Virus record (IMG/VR): IMGVR_UViG_3300012931_000015
Location: 64,001-128,000 of that record
From: a virus
Length of the DNA stretch: 64,000 nt
Strand: one strand, 5' to 3'
The position numbers and the translations under genes were made by a program. The notes under the pieces were generated by a model, which saw only the letters and a list, made by a program, of their open reading frames with translations, had not been told where the DNA came from and made no database searches. Positions 11,203 through 21,518 of this stretch are shown here, in pieces. Positions within the stretch are counted from its first letter, which is position 1. Every line of letters starts with the position of its first letter.

Positions 11203-11985
11203 TTAATTTTTAAATATTTTTTCTTGTTCTATAATATCAAATTTAGTCTCAATTGGTAAATATATAATACCTGATTCTAATATTTCATCTGACATTTTGG
11301 CATTAGCAATACTCATTTTTGTTTTATTTTTTCTTTCAGTAAAAGAATCATCCATGTGGATATTTTTAATATATTTTTTACTACCTTTAAAATCGTACAA
11401 ATAATTTTCTCTGTTTAAAAAAGTATTAATTCTTTTTTGCACACAAAAATGCTCCAAGCCGTACTTTTCTGGTAACAAAGGAAATCCCCCAACATTTTCT
11501 ATTATATATTTATCTAGCATTATAAAATTACCATAAAATCTTGTAAAACAATCAACATCAATATTATTAAGTTTAATTGAAGTTTGATAATCACTATAAA
11601 CAGTAAAATCATTATGAAGATTTACATTATGAATATTACTTTTAATAAAATTTTCACAATAAAATTTATCCCAATCCCTATGAAATATGTTATCATTATC
11701 AGATAGTATTATTATATCACAATCACTTAATAATTGCAAGCCTTGATTTTTAACTGAAGCAATGCCGGTATTTATTTTATTTCTAACTGTTTTTATTCTG
11801 CTTTCAATAGATTTATAAAAACTGTAAACCGCTTGTAAAGTAGAATAGTCATCAATTATTACTATTTCATCAATTATATTAGCTGTATGAATAAGAGATA
11901 TTACAGATTTTTTAAGTATACTATAAGTAATTTCGTTTGTAACATAACTAGAAATGCAGAGTCCGACTTTTTTATTATCAATCAT
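11203..11985 (-). CDS. GT2 family glycosyltransferase
   Basis: IIDDYS, NTGIASVKNQG, LSDND, VGGF motifs. Confidence 0.85.
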   Translation of the reverse strand: MIDNKKVGLCISSYVTNEITYSILKKSVISLIHTANIIDEIVIIDDYSTLQAVYSFYKSIESRIKTVRNKINTGIASVKNQGLQLLSDCDIIILSDNDNIFHRDWDKFYCENFIKSNIHNVNLHNDFTVYSDYQTSIKLNNIDVDCFTRFYGNFIMLDKYIIENVGGFPLLPEKYGLEHFCVQKRINTFLNRENYLYDFKGSKKYIKNIHMDDSFTERKNKTKMSIANAKMSDEILESGIIYLPIETKFDIIEQEKIFKN

Positions 11986-11995
11986 TATACGGGTA

Positions 11996-12550
11996 TTAGT
12001 ATATAAAAATATTTTTTTTGTATAATTTGTAAAGTTCGTTTATATTCTTTAACCAACCTACTTTATCTCTCATATAATGGTTATAAGGAGTATTTTTATT
12101 ACTTATCATTGTGGAATAAATACCGTTTTTTCTATAGTCATTAAGGTGTGTTGGACAATCATCGATCCAAAAATCAGCTTTTAGTTTTTTTAACATACTT
12201 AATTTTGACTGATTAGGTTTTACAACAAAACAAGGAACATCAAATAGTTTTTCTACAAACTCTATGGTTTCGTTTGCTATATTTTTACTTCGAGCAGTAA
12301 TTATATAAATAGAAAATCCTTTATTTTTCAAAGATTTAATAAATTTTTTTGCATTATAGAAAGGTTTTAGCTTACACATTACATTACTATCTTTAAACAT
12401 TTCAAGAACTTCATTTTTTATATGAGCAGGATAATTACTTAGTTCCCAATCAAAAGCTGGTTGATATTTTAGTTTATGTTTTTTAAATATTTTTTTAATT
12501 GGTTTTTCTAAATCAACTAGAGTATTATCAAGATCAAAACATATAACCAT
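11996..12550 (-). CDS. HAD-family 5'(3')-deoxyribonucleotidase-like protein
   Basis: FDLDNTL, IITAR, WIDDCP, PYN motifs. Confidence 0.8.
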   Translation of the reverse strand: MVICFDLDNTLVDLEKPIKKIFKKHKLKYQPAFDWELSNYPAHIKNEVLEMFKDSNVMCKLKPFYNAKKFIKSLKNKGFSIYIITARSKNIANETIEFVEKLFDVPCFVVKPNQSKLSMLKKLKADFWIDDCPTHLNDYRKNGIYSTMISNKNTPYNHYMRDKVGWLKNINELYKLYKKNIFIY

Positions 12551-12796
12551 AATCTTTTATCCTTTACTTTTAAAATTAACTATTTTATTTTTTGCAATTC
12601 ATACCTGATAAATTTATTTACCTCTGAATTAAATATAGAAATAATTTCATAATTAAATATTTTTAATATAAAATTCAACATAGTTTTAAATTTTGGTTTA
12701 TGCCAGCTATTAATATATAAAGAACTTGTAAAATATAAATTATTATTCATATAATCTTTCCTTTTTTCAACTATCTGGAAATACCGGATAGTTCAT

Positions 12797-13525
12797 TTAT
12801 TTTTTACATTTATAAAAAATCCATAGTTGGTGATCTGAGCTCCATGCCTGACTTATTTGATAAGTTATATCTTTAAATCCGATTTCTGTCAAGTCTTTTA
12901 TCACTTCATCAGGATTACTTACAATTGTATCACACATAGCATTTGTACCATGAGCATCAATATAATCCTCATAATAATCATGGTATCGTACCCAATTAGT
13001 TATTTTATAGGTATCAGGATCATAACCCATTTGAAAGCTAAATAAACCATCATTTTTCATAACTCGATAAATATCTTTCATTAAAGAGAATCTTATGGTA
13101 TACACACAAATGTGTTCCATTACGATAGTCGACATTACAAAATCAAAAAGATTATCTGGAATATTTTCTAAATTTACACCATTACAAAGATACAATTTTA
13201 AATTATCTATGTTTTCAAATTTTTCAAAATAATTCTTTTCAGTATAATTGAGATTATTTTGTGATATATCTGTTCCAGCACAAATACCCCAATCAACTAA
13301 ATCTTGTGTATTTAATAGATTGCGCCCGCAACCCGCCCCGAAATCCAGAAAATTTTTCCCCTTCCAATATTCAGGATTATTTCTTACATCGCTTATAAGA
13401 ATATTGTAATAATCTGGGTTATTGTTATGCCCGCCGTGGTTACCGATTTGCATTAGATCAGCATTACCTTCATACCATTCCTTCTGCATTTTAGTATACT
13501 TGTTGTTTTCATCTAATATAGTCAT
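12797..13525 (-). CDS. Class I SAM-dependent methyltransferase
   Basis: LDFGAGCGRN, TDIS, FDFVMS, IYRVMKNDG motifs. Confidence 0.85.
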   Translation of the reverse strand: MTILDENNKYTKMQKEWYEGNADLMQIGNHGGHNNNPDYYNILISDVRNNPEYWKGKNFLDFGAGCGRNLLNTQDLVDWGICAGTDISQNNLNYTEKNYFEKFENIDNLKLYLCNGVNLENIPDNLFDFVMSTIVMEHICVYTIRFSLMKDIYRVMKNDGLFSFQMGYDPDTYKITNWVRYHDYYEDYIDAHGTNAMCDTIVSNPDEVIKDLTEIGFKDITYQISQAWSSDHQLWIFYKCKK

Positions 13526-13546
13526 TTTTTATTTCCTTTTTAAAAA

Positions 13547-14058
13547 AGATAGATAGCTAAATTTTATATTCTTATAATCTTTCTAAAGTTTTACCTTCAT
13601 TATTTAGTAAGTAAATATCCTCATTATTTCTATAACAAGCAACACGAAGATCATTACCATTACTAAAGTTAATATCAATGATTTTTATACCCCAATAAGC
13701 TCTGTCATTTTCTTCATCTAAATGATGTTGCTGTAATACTTCTTCAGGGTCAAGTATCATTTCATCAACTGGCATGATTACATCTAATAATACTCTATGT
13801 TTTCCCTGCAATGTACAGTTTTCACTCAACCCACATATTTGAAGGTATTTATCATTTTCGTTAAATTCAAATCCTTCATCTTCTAGTTTTGATTTTTGAG
13901 TTAATGCAAAATCAGCAGGTATTGATACATCTATTTTATTAATGTTATCAATATAAATCCAGTTATTGCCTTTTTTACTTTTCTTAATTTTTAAAATCAT
14001 ATTCTTTTCTACCTCTTTAATTTTTTGTCTAACTTTCTTTTTATTTGGCTATCTATCT
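13547..14058. repeat. 16-bp inverted repeat (13547-13562 and 14043-14058) flanking one gene
   Basis: AGATAGATAGCTAAAT versus ATTTGGCTATCTATCT, 15 of 16 complementary. Confidence 0.8.
13572..14000 (-). CDS. Conserved phage hypothetical protein
   Basis: ORF with SD; C-terminal YLLNNEGKTLERL motif. Confidence 0.6.
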   Translation of the reverse strand: MILKIKKSKKGNNWIYIDNINKIDVSIPADFALTQKSKLEDEGFEFNENDKYLQICGLSENCTLQGKHRVLLDVIMPVDEMILDPEEVLQQHHLDEENDRAYWGIKIIDINFSNGNDLRVACYRNNEDIYLLNNEGKTLERL

Positions 14059-14074
14059 ACTTGATATTAGTACG

Positions 14075-14605
14075 TTAATTTATTTTAAAACATTTTCCAT
14101 TTTCAGAAAATATTTCCTCAAATTTTTTATAATTTGTTCCTAAATATATCATACAACAAGCCATAGGCGCACCTTTTTTATTTTCTTTGCCTTTACTCCA
14201 AAACTTTAATCGTGTATCATTTAAAAAACAAATAGCAGTAGCATTTTTAAAAATTAAATTTTTAAAATGTTTTGTATTAGTTGCAACTGGTATTAATAAT
14301 AGTATTTCATTTTTGTACTGTATGAAAGTATTTATACATTTTTCTATCCAATCATAAATTGTTATTTTATTTTATTTATTTCTTCCATAGGGAGGATTTA
14401 CAAAAATTGTTTTATAATTCCATATTTCATTTAGTCCGTTCTTTTCTGGAAATATAAATTTTGTTTTAGCATTTATAAAACTATATTCATTACTACAAGG
14501 GTCAAGTTCAATATTATTATTAAAAAATTTATTAATTATTTGTACATATTTAGGAGGAGTGTTCCAATCCTTTTTATCTGTTATGTGCTTTCGTCCTGCT
14601 ATCAT
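14075..14605 (-). pseudogene. Phage Dam-like N6-adenine DNA methyltransferase interrupted by an in-frame TAA
   Basis: WNTP, LDPCS, FVNPPY, then TAA at 14372-14374; the same frame continues NKITIYDWIEK...LLIPVATNT...RLKF...GAP to a stop at 14075. Confidence 0.8.
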
Positions 14606-14805
14606 TGATTAGCTCTTGTGTTCCATTCAATAACTGCTTGTTCATCACTGCATTTATCACTAACCCATTTCTCACAACCGCAATTACATGCAAAATATCT
14701 TATTTTAGCCCCACAACATTCTTCTTCACATCTCACTATTTCTATTTCTTTGCTATTGCAAAATGGACAAGGTAGTAGTTGTTTTTTAATTTGTTTATCT
14801 TTCAC
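14602..14805 (-). CDS. Lar-like restriction alleviation zinc-finger protein
   Basis: LLPCPFC...CNCG...AVIEWNTRA. Confidence 0.7.
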   Translation of the reverse strand: MKDKQIKKQLLPCPFCNSKEIEIVRCEEECCGAKIRYFACNCGCEKWVSDKCSDEQAVIEWNTRANQ

Positions 14806-16314
14806 TTTATTTATTTTCCTATATGACTAAATCTTAAATCACAATATGTTGCATCTGAAGAATAATAATAATCTCCACCCTGTCTGTCATAAAGTTTTAC
14901 AACTTCATAATATACTTTTTCATTATTTTCAAGTTCTTTCATTACAACTTTTAATCCTAGTTTACAATTAATATAATTGTCATTTTTATCAAAAATAATA
15001 GGATACTTTCTTTCTTTATTCCACACAGTAACATTGTACCAAACATCTTTTATATATTTTGGACTTTTATTTTTTATTCTTTTTAAAAATTCTTTGAACA
15101 TATTAGTTTTTATCCTTTATTTTTTATAAATTTATAGCATTCTTCATAAGCTTTTAATTTACCTTTTGCATAATAGCCTAGTGTATCGTTTCCGTGTTTT
15201 TCAACTTCTTCTCTTTCTATTTGTATTCTCGTTTCTAAATCTGAAATATTTAAAATATCAGACATATCTTAATTCTCCTTTTCTTCCACATTATCAAGTT
15301 CATCCTGACACTCTATAATATCTAATAATAATTGTTTACCTTTATCTGTTAGCCAACTACATCTAATAGTACTTCCATGTTCAAGATAACCTTTGTGAGT
15401 AGCCCAATAAGCAAAAAACATATAAGGTAGATCAGCATAATCTTGATATTTTTTATTATCAAATACCATAAGCATAGCTTTTACATAATCCATTATTTCT
15501 TCTGGATTACCACAACCACAAAAATCTAGTTCATCTATCATTAAAAAATCACTTTTAGAATCCCAATGACACCCTGTTGTATCAATATAACCACTACCAT
15601 AATATTCATCTTTTTTTAATATTTCTAACATTTAGTTTGTCCTTCTAATAATTCATCTATTTCTTTTTTAGTAAAATATGTTTCAAGTTTTATAGGTTTA
15701 AAAATATTAAACATCATTTTATTGTAACTTGGTAATTTATCATACAAGTGTTCTGGATTTTTTCCTTGACAAATTAATTTAATATTTTTTTTACTATCTA
15801 AATCAATCACTTTGTTTCTAAAACGAAAAACTTTATCATTTCTATAAAAAAAGAAGTAAAAATTTAAGAACGAAAGTAATACAGCAACGCTAATAATAAT
15901 TGTAGTAAAAGTAGTAATTGTTGAAATCATGAATAAATCCTCCAATATAACTCTAAAGTATCATAATCTTTTAATTTAAATCTCCAATTTCTCAAATACA
16001 AATCTATAATTTTTCTATGCTCTCTTAGATCACAATATGTTCCATAATGTTTGTATTTTTTATGATATTTTTTGTAAATTTTTAATTCTTTTAATTGTTT
16101 CTTAAAACATTTTTTGTAGTTAAATTTCATACAATTACTTCCTATTCTTTTTTTAGTTCATCAAAATTTAATATAATTATATTAGCTTCAGGATCAAGAA
16201 ATGCTCCTCTATACTTTCCAGACATTTTGGAATAATACATTTCATTACCTACATTTAATATTATATCAGTATTTTCTTTAATATCTTTTATATAATTTAA
16301 TAAATCTTGTTTTT

Positions 16315-17088
16315 TCATATATTATATTTATAATTACCCTCTGTAAAATATTCTTTGTACCAATCTTTTGTTTTGAAAATTTCTAGCATACCCTTTTGCA
16401 TATCTTCGCCAGCTTTTTTATAATATTCTTGACGATTCTTAAATTCTTTGTCATTACCACTATCATAGGTGATCGAAGTTTGATGTGAAAGCAAAATGGA
16501 GTAATCAACTCCGATGGACAAACCTGCTTTTCTTACAAAATATGAAAAAAAATAATCCGATCCCCAACTTGGGAATCTTGGGTCTAATTTCCAATTAAAA
16601 GAATCCAAAGCGTCCTTAGAAAAAAATGGGGCGATAAAGTCCACCATTGAATGCCCTTTTGTAATCCCGTTAAAATTTTCTTTATTAGGAATTTTCACCA
16701 TATAATCATAACAATAATCCGGCACGGGTTTAATAAGAGAAGGATGCAAAACCCCGATGTCTGGATTTTCTTCTAAATGCTTTATCATATTAGCTAAAGG
16801 GTCAACATTTGGGTATTCAAATTTTATGTCATTTGTTAATAACCACGCTCGGCGTGGATTATATTCTTTAGCAATTTTTAATATTGAATTCATTCCCCCA
16901 GTCAATCTAGTGTTTTGTTCTATACGGTGTGTTGTGCTTTTGGCTATTTTATCTTTTTCACTTCCATTATCAAAGCATATAAGTGTATAAGGTATCTTGA
17001 CAAGTTGTTTAATTTGATTTACAAGAGCATCGGAAAGTGAGGGCATATTATACGACAATACTGCAATAATGTTATCAGAGCTATTCAT
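16315..17088 (-). CDS. GT2 family glycosyltransferase
   Basis: AVLSYN, FDNGS, WLLTNDI, WGSD motifs. Confidence 0.75.
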   Translation of the reverse strand: MNSSDNIIAVLSYNMPSLSDALVNQIKQLVKIPYTLICFDNGSEKDKIAKSTTHRIEQNTRLTGGMNSILKIAKEYNPRRAWLLTNDIKFEYPNVDPLANMIKHLEENPDIGVLHPSLIKPVPDYCYDYMVKIPNKENFNGITKGHSMVDFIAPFFSKDALDSFNWKLDPRFPSWGSDYFFSYFVRKAGLSIGVDYSILLSHQTSITYDSGNDKEFKNRQEYYKKAGEDMQKGMLEIFKTKDWYKEYFTEGNYKYNI

Positions 17089-17776
17089 TAATATTTTTCC
17101 TTAAATTTTTTATAACTTGTATTATTCTGGCTATCTTCTTTACTTTGCCCTATTATTTCTATGGTAACAGCTTCATCTTTATCTATATTTTCTAAAGTTT
17201 TATTTATTTCATTACCTGCTTTATTTAAAGCATCAACTAATTCTTTTTTATGCTTATACAATTTATTTACATACTGCAAAGCACCTAAACCATATATTGA
17301 ATTACATGTAATACACTTAAAATATTTACCATCCTCACTTATATTAAATATATCAGAACCACAACTACAATTTAAATTTTTAAACATAATATTTTATTCC
17401 TTTTCTTTTTCAAGGTTTGTTTTTATATCTATATTTACTAATTTCATTAAATATACAATTTCTTCTTCTCTTTCTATTATATCACATAATAACTCTTCTG
17501 CATCATCCGCTGATTCAGATGTTATTGTTTTCTTTAAATATTTAAGCCAAGCTAAAGTTTTATGTTTTATAAGTTCTTGATCTTTCATAATTAAATTTTT
17601 CTCCTATATTTTATAGCCGGATGAAAAAATGTGCTATTATGAATTTCTTCATATTTTTCAATAGCTTCTTGCTCCGACATAGCATAAATTATTTCTATAT
17701 TCTCATAATGCCCACCTACACAACTATATTCAGATTCAGTATCTATATAAGTTCCTACCCAAAATTTTGTCATAAG

Positions 17777-18544
17777 TTATTTCCCTTTCTTTATTTTAAT
17801 AATCTTACTACTAACCATTGTTCCACTTTCTTTAAATGCGCCACTATCTAAGTCAAATATTTCAGCATTGTTTATTTTTAAAAATTCTCTAAACTCATCA
17901 TTTATTTTTCTACTATTACTGAATGCTCCACTACTTAATATTCCAACCAAAATACCATTATCTGTTAAATGATCAAATGCTTTCATTGTATGAATAATAT
18001 CTTGATTTTTAGTAAATGGAGGATTCATTAATATTCTGTCAAACGAAAATAAAATATCGTAGTCTAAAAAATTACCATTTATTATATTAAAGTTAATATT
18101 ATTTGGTTTGTTATTTTCTAATAGTTCACAATTTTCTTTATCTAGCTCAATACAAGTTATATCAAGATTTAAATTAGGTAAATTAAGAATTATGTTTCCA
18201 ATTCCTGCGCTTGGTTCTAACAACCAGCAACCAGTATATAATTCTGCCAATTCTATCATTTCTTCTACAATTTCTATTGGAGTATAGTACTGTTGATATT
18301 CTTTTTTTATATCAATATATTCTCCGGTCTCTATTAAATTATTTATTGATTCTTTCAAATCTGTTTCTGTATTTTCACATACATGATATTTTAGTTTTCT
18401 ACCCCATTTTATGTTTAGGGTTTCTAATACTTTCATTAAATCTAAATATAGTTTTCTATCTAACTGTGTGTTTGGAAGATATAAGTTATTATCTTCAATG
18501 TTACAATTTGATAGTACATTAATTATTTCTTGTTTAATTTTCAT
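17777..18544 (-). CDS. N6-adenine DNA methyltransferase
   Basis: YYTP, LEPSAGIG, MNPPF, FKESGT motifs. Confidence 0.85.
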   Translation of the reverse strand: MKIKQEIINVLSNCNIEDNNLYLPNTQLDRKLYLDLMKVLETLNIKWGRKLKYHVCENTETDLKESINNLIETGEYIDIKKEYQQYYTPIEIVEEMIELAELYTGCWLLEPSAGIGNIILNLPNLNLDITCIELDKENCELLENNKPNNINFNIINGNFLDYDILFSFDRILMNPPFTKNQDIIHTMKAFDHLTDNGILVGILSSGAFSNSRKINDEFREFLKINNAEIFDLDSGAFKESGTMVSSKIIKIKKGK

Positions 18545-18583
18545 AGTTTAATTTCCTCTTATATTTTTTAATAAATAAAAAAA

Positions 18584-18673
18584 GACTCATTCCAACTGTT
18601 CCTGTTGGAGATACCTGTTAATTCAGGTCGACTGGTGCGCTTACGACTTGTAGTCTTTAGAGGCGTTCGAGTC
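18584..18673 (-). ncRNA. Candidate multi-stem structured RNA
   Basis: GC-rich island; GACTC/GAGTC closing stem around three hairpins; T7 run downstream on the minus strand. Confidence 0.55.
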
Positions 18674-18714
18674 ATTTCAAAAAACATTAAATGGAGGGGA
18701 GTCCATCTATAATT

Positions 18715-18981
18715 TTATAATATTTCCCTTTTTATAAACTGACTTATTATAAACTCTTCTTTTTTTGTGAAATCATTAAATTTTCTATAACCTTTGATAA
18801 TTACTCTATCACCTTTTCTTAAATCTGCCAAAGTTTCACCTATTTCTTCCCAGCCTATCAAAATTAGTTCTTCATCGTCATTTTTTATTTTTACTTTACT
18901 TAATAATTTACCAGAAGGTACATATTTAGTTTCAGGATCATGTTGTAATATACCATCTGTAAATTCATGTTCATAACTCAT
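18715..18981 (-). CDS. Short SSB-like OB-fold protein
   Basis: GILQHDPETKYVPSG and GWEEIGE...LRKGDRVIIKG match the SSB core; no acidic tail. Confidence 0.65.
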   Translation of the reverse strand: MSYEHEFTDGILQHDPETKYVPSGKLLSKVKIKNDDEELILIGWEEIGETLADLRKGDRVIIKGYRKFNDFTKKEEFIISQFIKREIL

Positions 18982-19440
18982 AATAATTTTTATTCCTTAA
19001 TTTTGATTTAAAAATTTTGCATCTTTTTCAGATAAATTACTATAAAAACCGCACTCATTAATTCCATTACTATTTAAACAAAATCCATTATATTCAAAAT
19101 TACATTGTATAGTAATATTTGCTGGTGTGTTTATATTGACAATACTTTCTGATTCATTCTTAGTACACATTTGCATATTTTCAACGTATTTCATATTTCC
19201 TCATCATGATTAAAATCTAAAATATTTGTATCTTCTAGTTTAAATTTTTTATTTTCAAAGTATCTACTTAAATCTTCACAATTAATTGCAATACAATTAT
19301 TATTTTCATCATTTTCTATGCTCTTAACATCCCAATAAGAAAAGCCTACATCAATCACTATACCTATGTTTATATCTTTATCTTGTATTTTATTTTTCTT
19401 AATAAATTTAATTAATTCTTTACCTGTCATATTTTTCCTT

Positions 19441-20184
19441 TCATCTAAAAAGTGGAATTCGTTCTCCGCTAAGTCTTATTATATGTAATTTTAAATCACT
19501 ATATTTCATCTGACAATCAAAATTTTTATTTTCTGATAGAAACATAGTAAAAGGAAATTCGCCTTCTATTACTTTATGTTTTCTAATAGAAACATCAAAG
19601 TATTTATCCATTATTTTTGGAAAATTTTCAATAATTTTTACAAATATATTACGAGAAATAATAATAAAAGAATCATGCCGAAGTGAATAATCTAAGGAAT
19701 GGGGGGATGGGATTATGTAAATTGTATTTGGGTTTTTAAAAACATCTTTTATCTCGTTCATGTTTATTTTAGTATTATAGAATAAATCATATCTAGTTTT
19801 AATAACTATATCAAACTGCATATTATTTTCTTTTTCATATTCAAGCATTAAGTTATAAGCTTGCTCTATTGAATACCACATTCCATGTACAGAATTATAC
19901 CCCCCAACTTCATTATAAAGGGGCTTATCCTTACATACAAAAACTTGTTCCTGTTCTATTAAAAGCTTAGTTGGTTTATAAAAAATAAAATTGTCTTTTG
20001 TAATAATTTTATTAGCCTTTTCTCCGTCTCCAGTTTTATTCCACCACACATGATTTTTATGACTAATTTTATTATAGGAGTGGCAAAATATTTTTGGTTG
20101 AAGATGAGCAAAAGCTTGATGAAATGATTCATAGGTTTGAATAGCTGATCTATAATGACCTGTTAGAAGTATTGCTATGTTCAT
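19441..20184 (-). CDS. Putative glycosyltransferase (viral type)
   Basis: IAILLTGHYR, MWYSI, FDIVIKTRYD pattern. Confidence 0.55.
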   Translation of the reverse strand: MNIAILLTGHYRSAIQTYESFHQAFAHLQPKIFCHSYNKISHKNHVWWNKTGDGEKANKIITKDNFIFYKPTKLLIEQEQVFVCKDKPLYNEVGGYNSVHGMWYSIEQAYNLMLEYEKENNMQFDIVIKTRYDLFYNTKINMNEIKDVFKNPNTIYIIPSPHSLDYSLRHDSFIIISRNIFVKIIENFPKIMDKYFDVSIRKHKVIEGEFPFTMFLSENKNFDCQMKYSDLKLHIIRLSGERIPLFR

Positions 20185-21276
20185 TCAAATTTTCCATTCA
20201 ACATTAAAATAGCCACTTTCTTTTTCAAACTTATTTCCGGTTATAATATTTATTCCTTTGAATTTTGTTGTACATAAATAAGCTGTACCTTTCAATCCTT
20301 TGCGTTTAGCACCATGATTTAAAATATCTTGTTCTATAATTTTCATTTTTCTATTTGTTTTGAATCTTGAAGCTGGCATACCTATAAAACTAAATTGTCT
20401 ATAACTTTGATCTTTTTGATACTCTTCTGTAAGTTTTTCATTTATTAAATCAGATATTTGATCGAGTGTTGAATTTATCGGAGCTTTCACATAATAAAAA
20501 CTGCCACAACCTTCTCTATCAACATTTCTTATTTGAAATTTTTTTATTTCTTTACTTAGTTTATTAATATAAGTTATATTTTTTAGAATAGATTTGCAAT
20601 AAGGGCATTCGGTTATTGTTTCTAAACAACCATGACAATCTTCTGATTTTTTAAATGAAGTATAAGTTTTTATATTATAGTTATTAATATTTTGTTTCAT
20701 ATCTTCACAAGGCACAAAAGTTTCTTCATCCCAATGACATTTGTTATCCATATAAGCACTCCTTTTAATACCAGTATTGCAAATAACCATATTTTATTTT
20801 ATAGTTTTCTTTTCCATAGTATTTATCTAAAAATTGAATAATGTTATAATGTTGTTTTTGAAAATTTTGAATAATTTCTGAAATATTTGTATCAGTTAAA
20901 TCAATTATTAAATCATTGTTTCCTATAAAGTTGGTATAATGAGGATATTCTATATTTAAGTAATAATAAATAAAATCAGGAGCATTTCCCATCTGTAATT
21001 TAATTATTTCTTCTTCGAGTTCATCTGTTATTTCATCCCAAAAATCATTTATTATATTTTGTGATTTAGAGATGGTTTTTACTTCTCCTCCACAAAGTTT
21101 ACAATATTTTCCCTCATAATTATATTTATTGTAAGTTTCATGACATTTTATATATTCAGTTTCAGTTATTTCAACATTTCTATATTGTGGTTCACATTTA
21201 AAATAAATGCCTAAATATTGATGTAAATCTAAACTCATAATTTTATCCTTTAGAAATAAAGATTTAATTTTTATTG

Positions 21277-21305
21277 AGTATAAAATATTTTAGCAGATTT
21301 GTCAA
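21277..21305 (-). promoter_or_regulatory. sigma70-type promoter
   Basis: TTGACA-17 nt-TATACT. Confidence 0.7.
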
Positions 21306-21341
21306 CAATTATTTTTAATTTTTTTTAAAGAAAATAAAAAT

Positions 21342-21425
21342 TGGGAGCCGTGTGAGTCGAACACACCGAGCCCGAAAGCACCAGATTTACAGTCTGACCT
21401 GCCTCCACTTACAGAATAGACTCCC
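21342..21425 (-). tRNA. tRNA-Tyr(GTA)
   Basis: Cloverleaf; loop CT-GTA-AA; long variable arm; TTCGACT T-loop. Confidence 0.9.
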
Positions 21426-21436
21426 ATTTAAAAAAA

Positions 21437-21510
21437 TAGCTTCGGAGGGATTTGAACCCATCACTACACAGAGCTTAAATCTGTTGACTCTTCCGTTGGT
21501 TTACGAAGCC
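21437..21510 (-). tRNA. tRNA-Leu(TAA), short variable loop
   Basis: ACAGA-TTTAAGC-TCTGT anticodon arm; GGCTTCG/CGAAGCT acceptor stem. Confidence 0.85.
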
Positions 21511-21518
21511 ATACTATA

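Noticed and set aside
12769-12793. Hairpin AACTATCTGG/CCGGATAGTT as a regulatory RNA
   Set aside because: A single short hairpin with no U-tract on the coding strand; most likely an mRNA stability or processing stem.
18584-18673. Known riboswitch (ZTP, glutamine) or hammerhead ribozyme
   Set aside because: Only short partial word matches; the conserved cores are absent, so it is left unassigned.
21437-21510. Ochre suppressor reading of the TTTAAGC loop
   Set aside because: The 5-bp stem fixes a 7-nt loop with TAA at positions 34-36 and G37, which is Leu, not a TTA anticodon.
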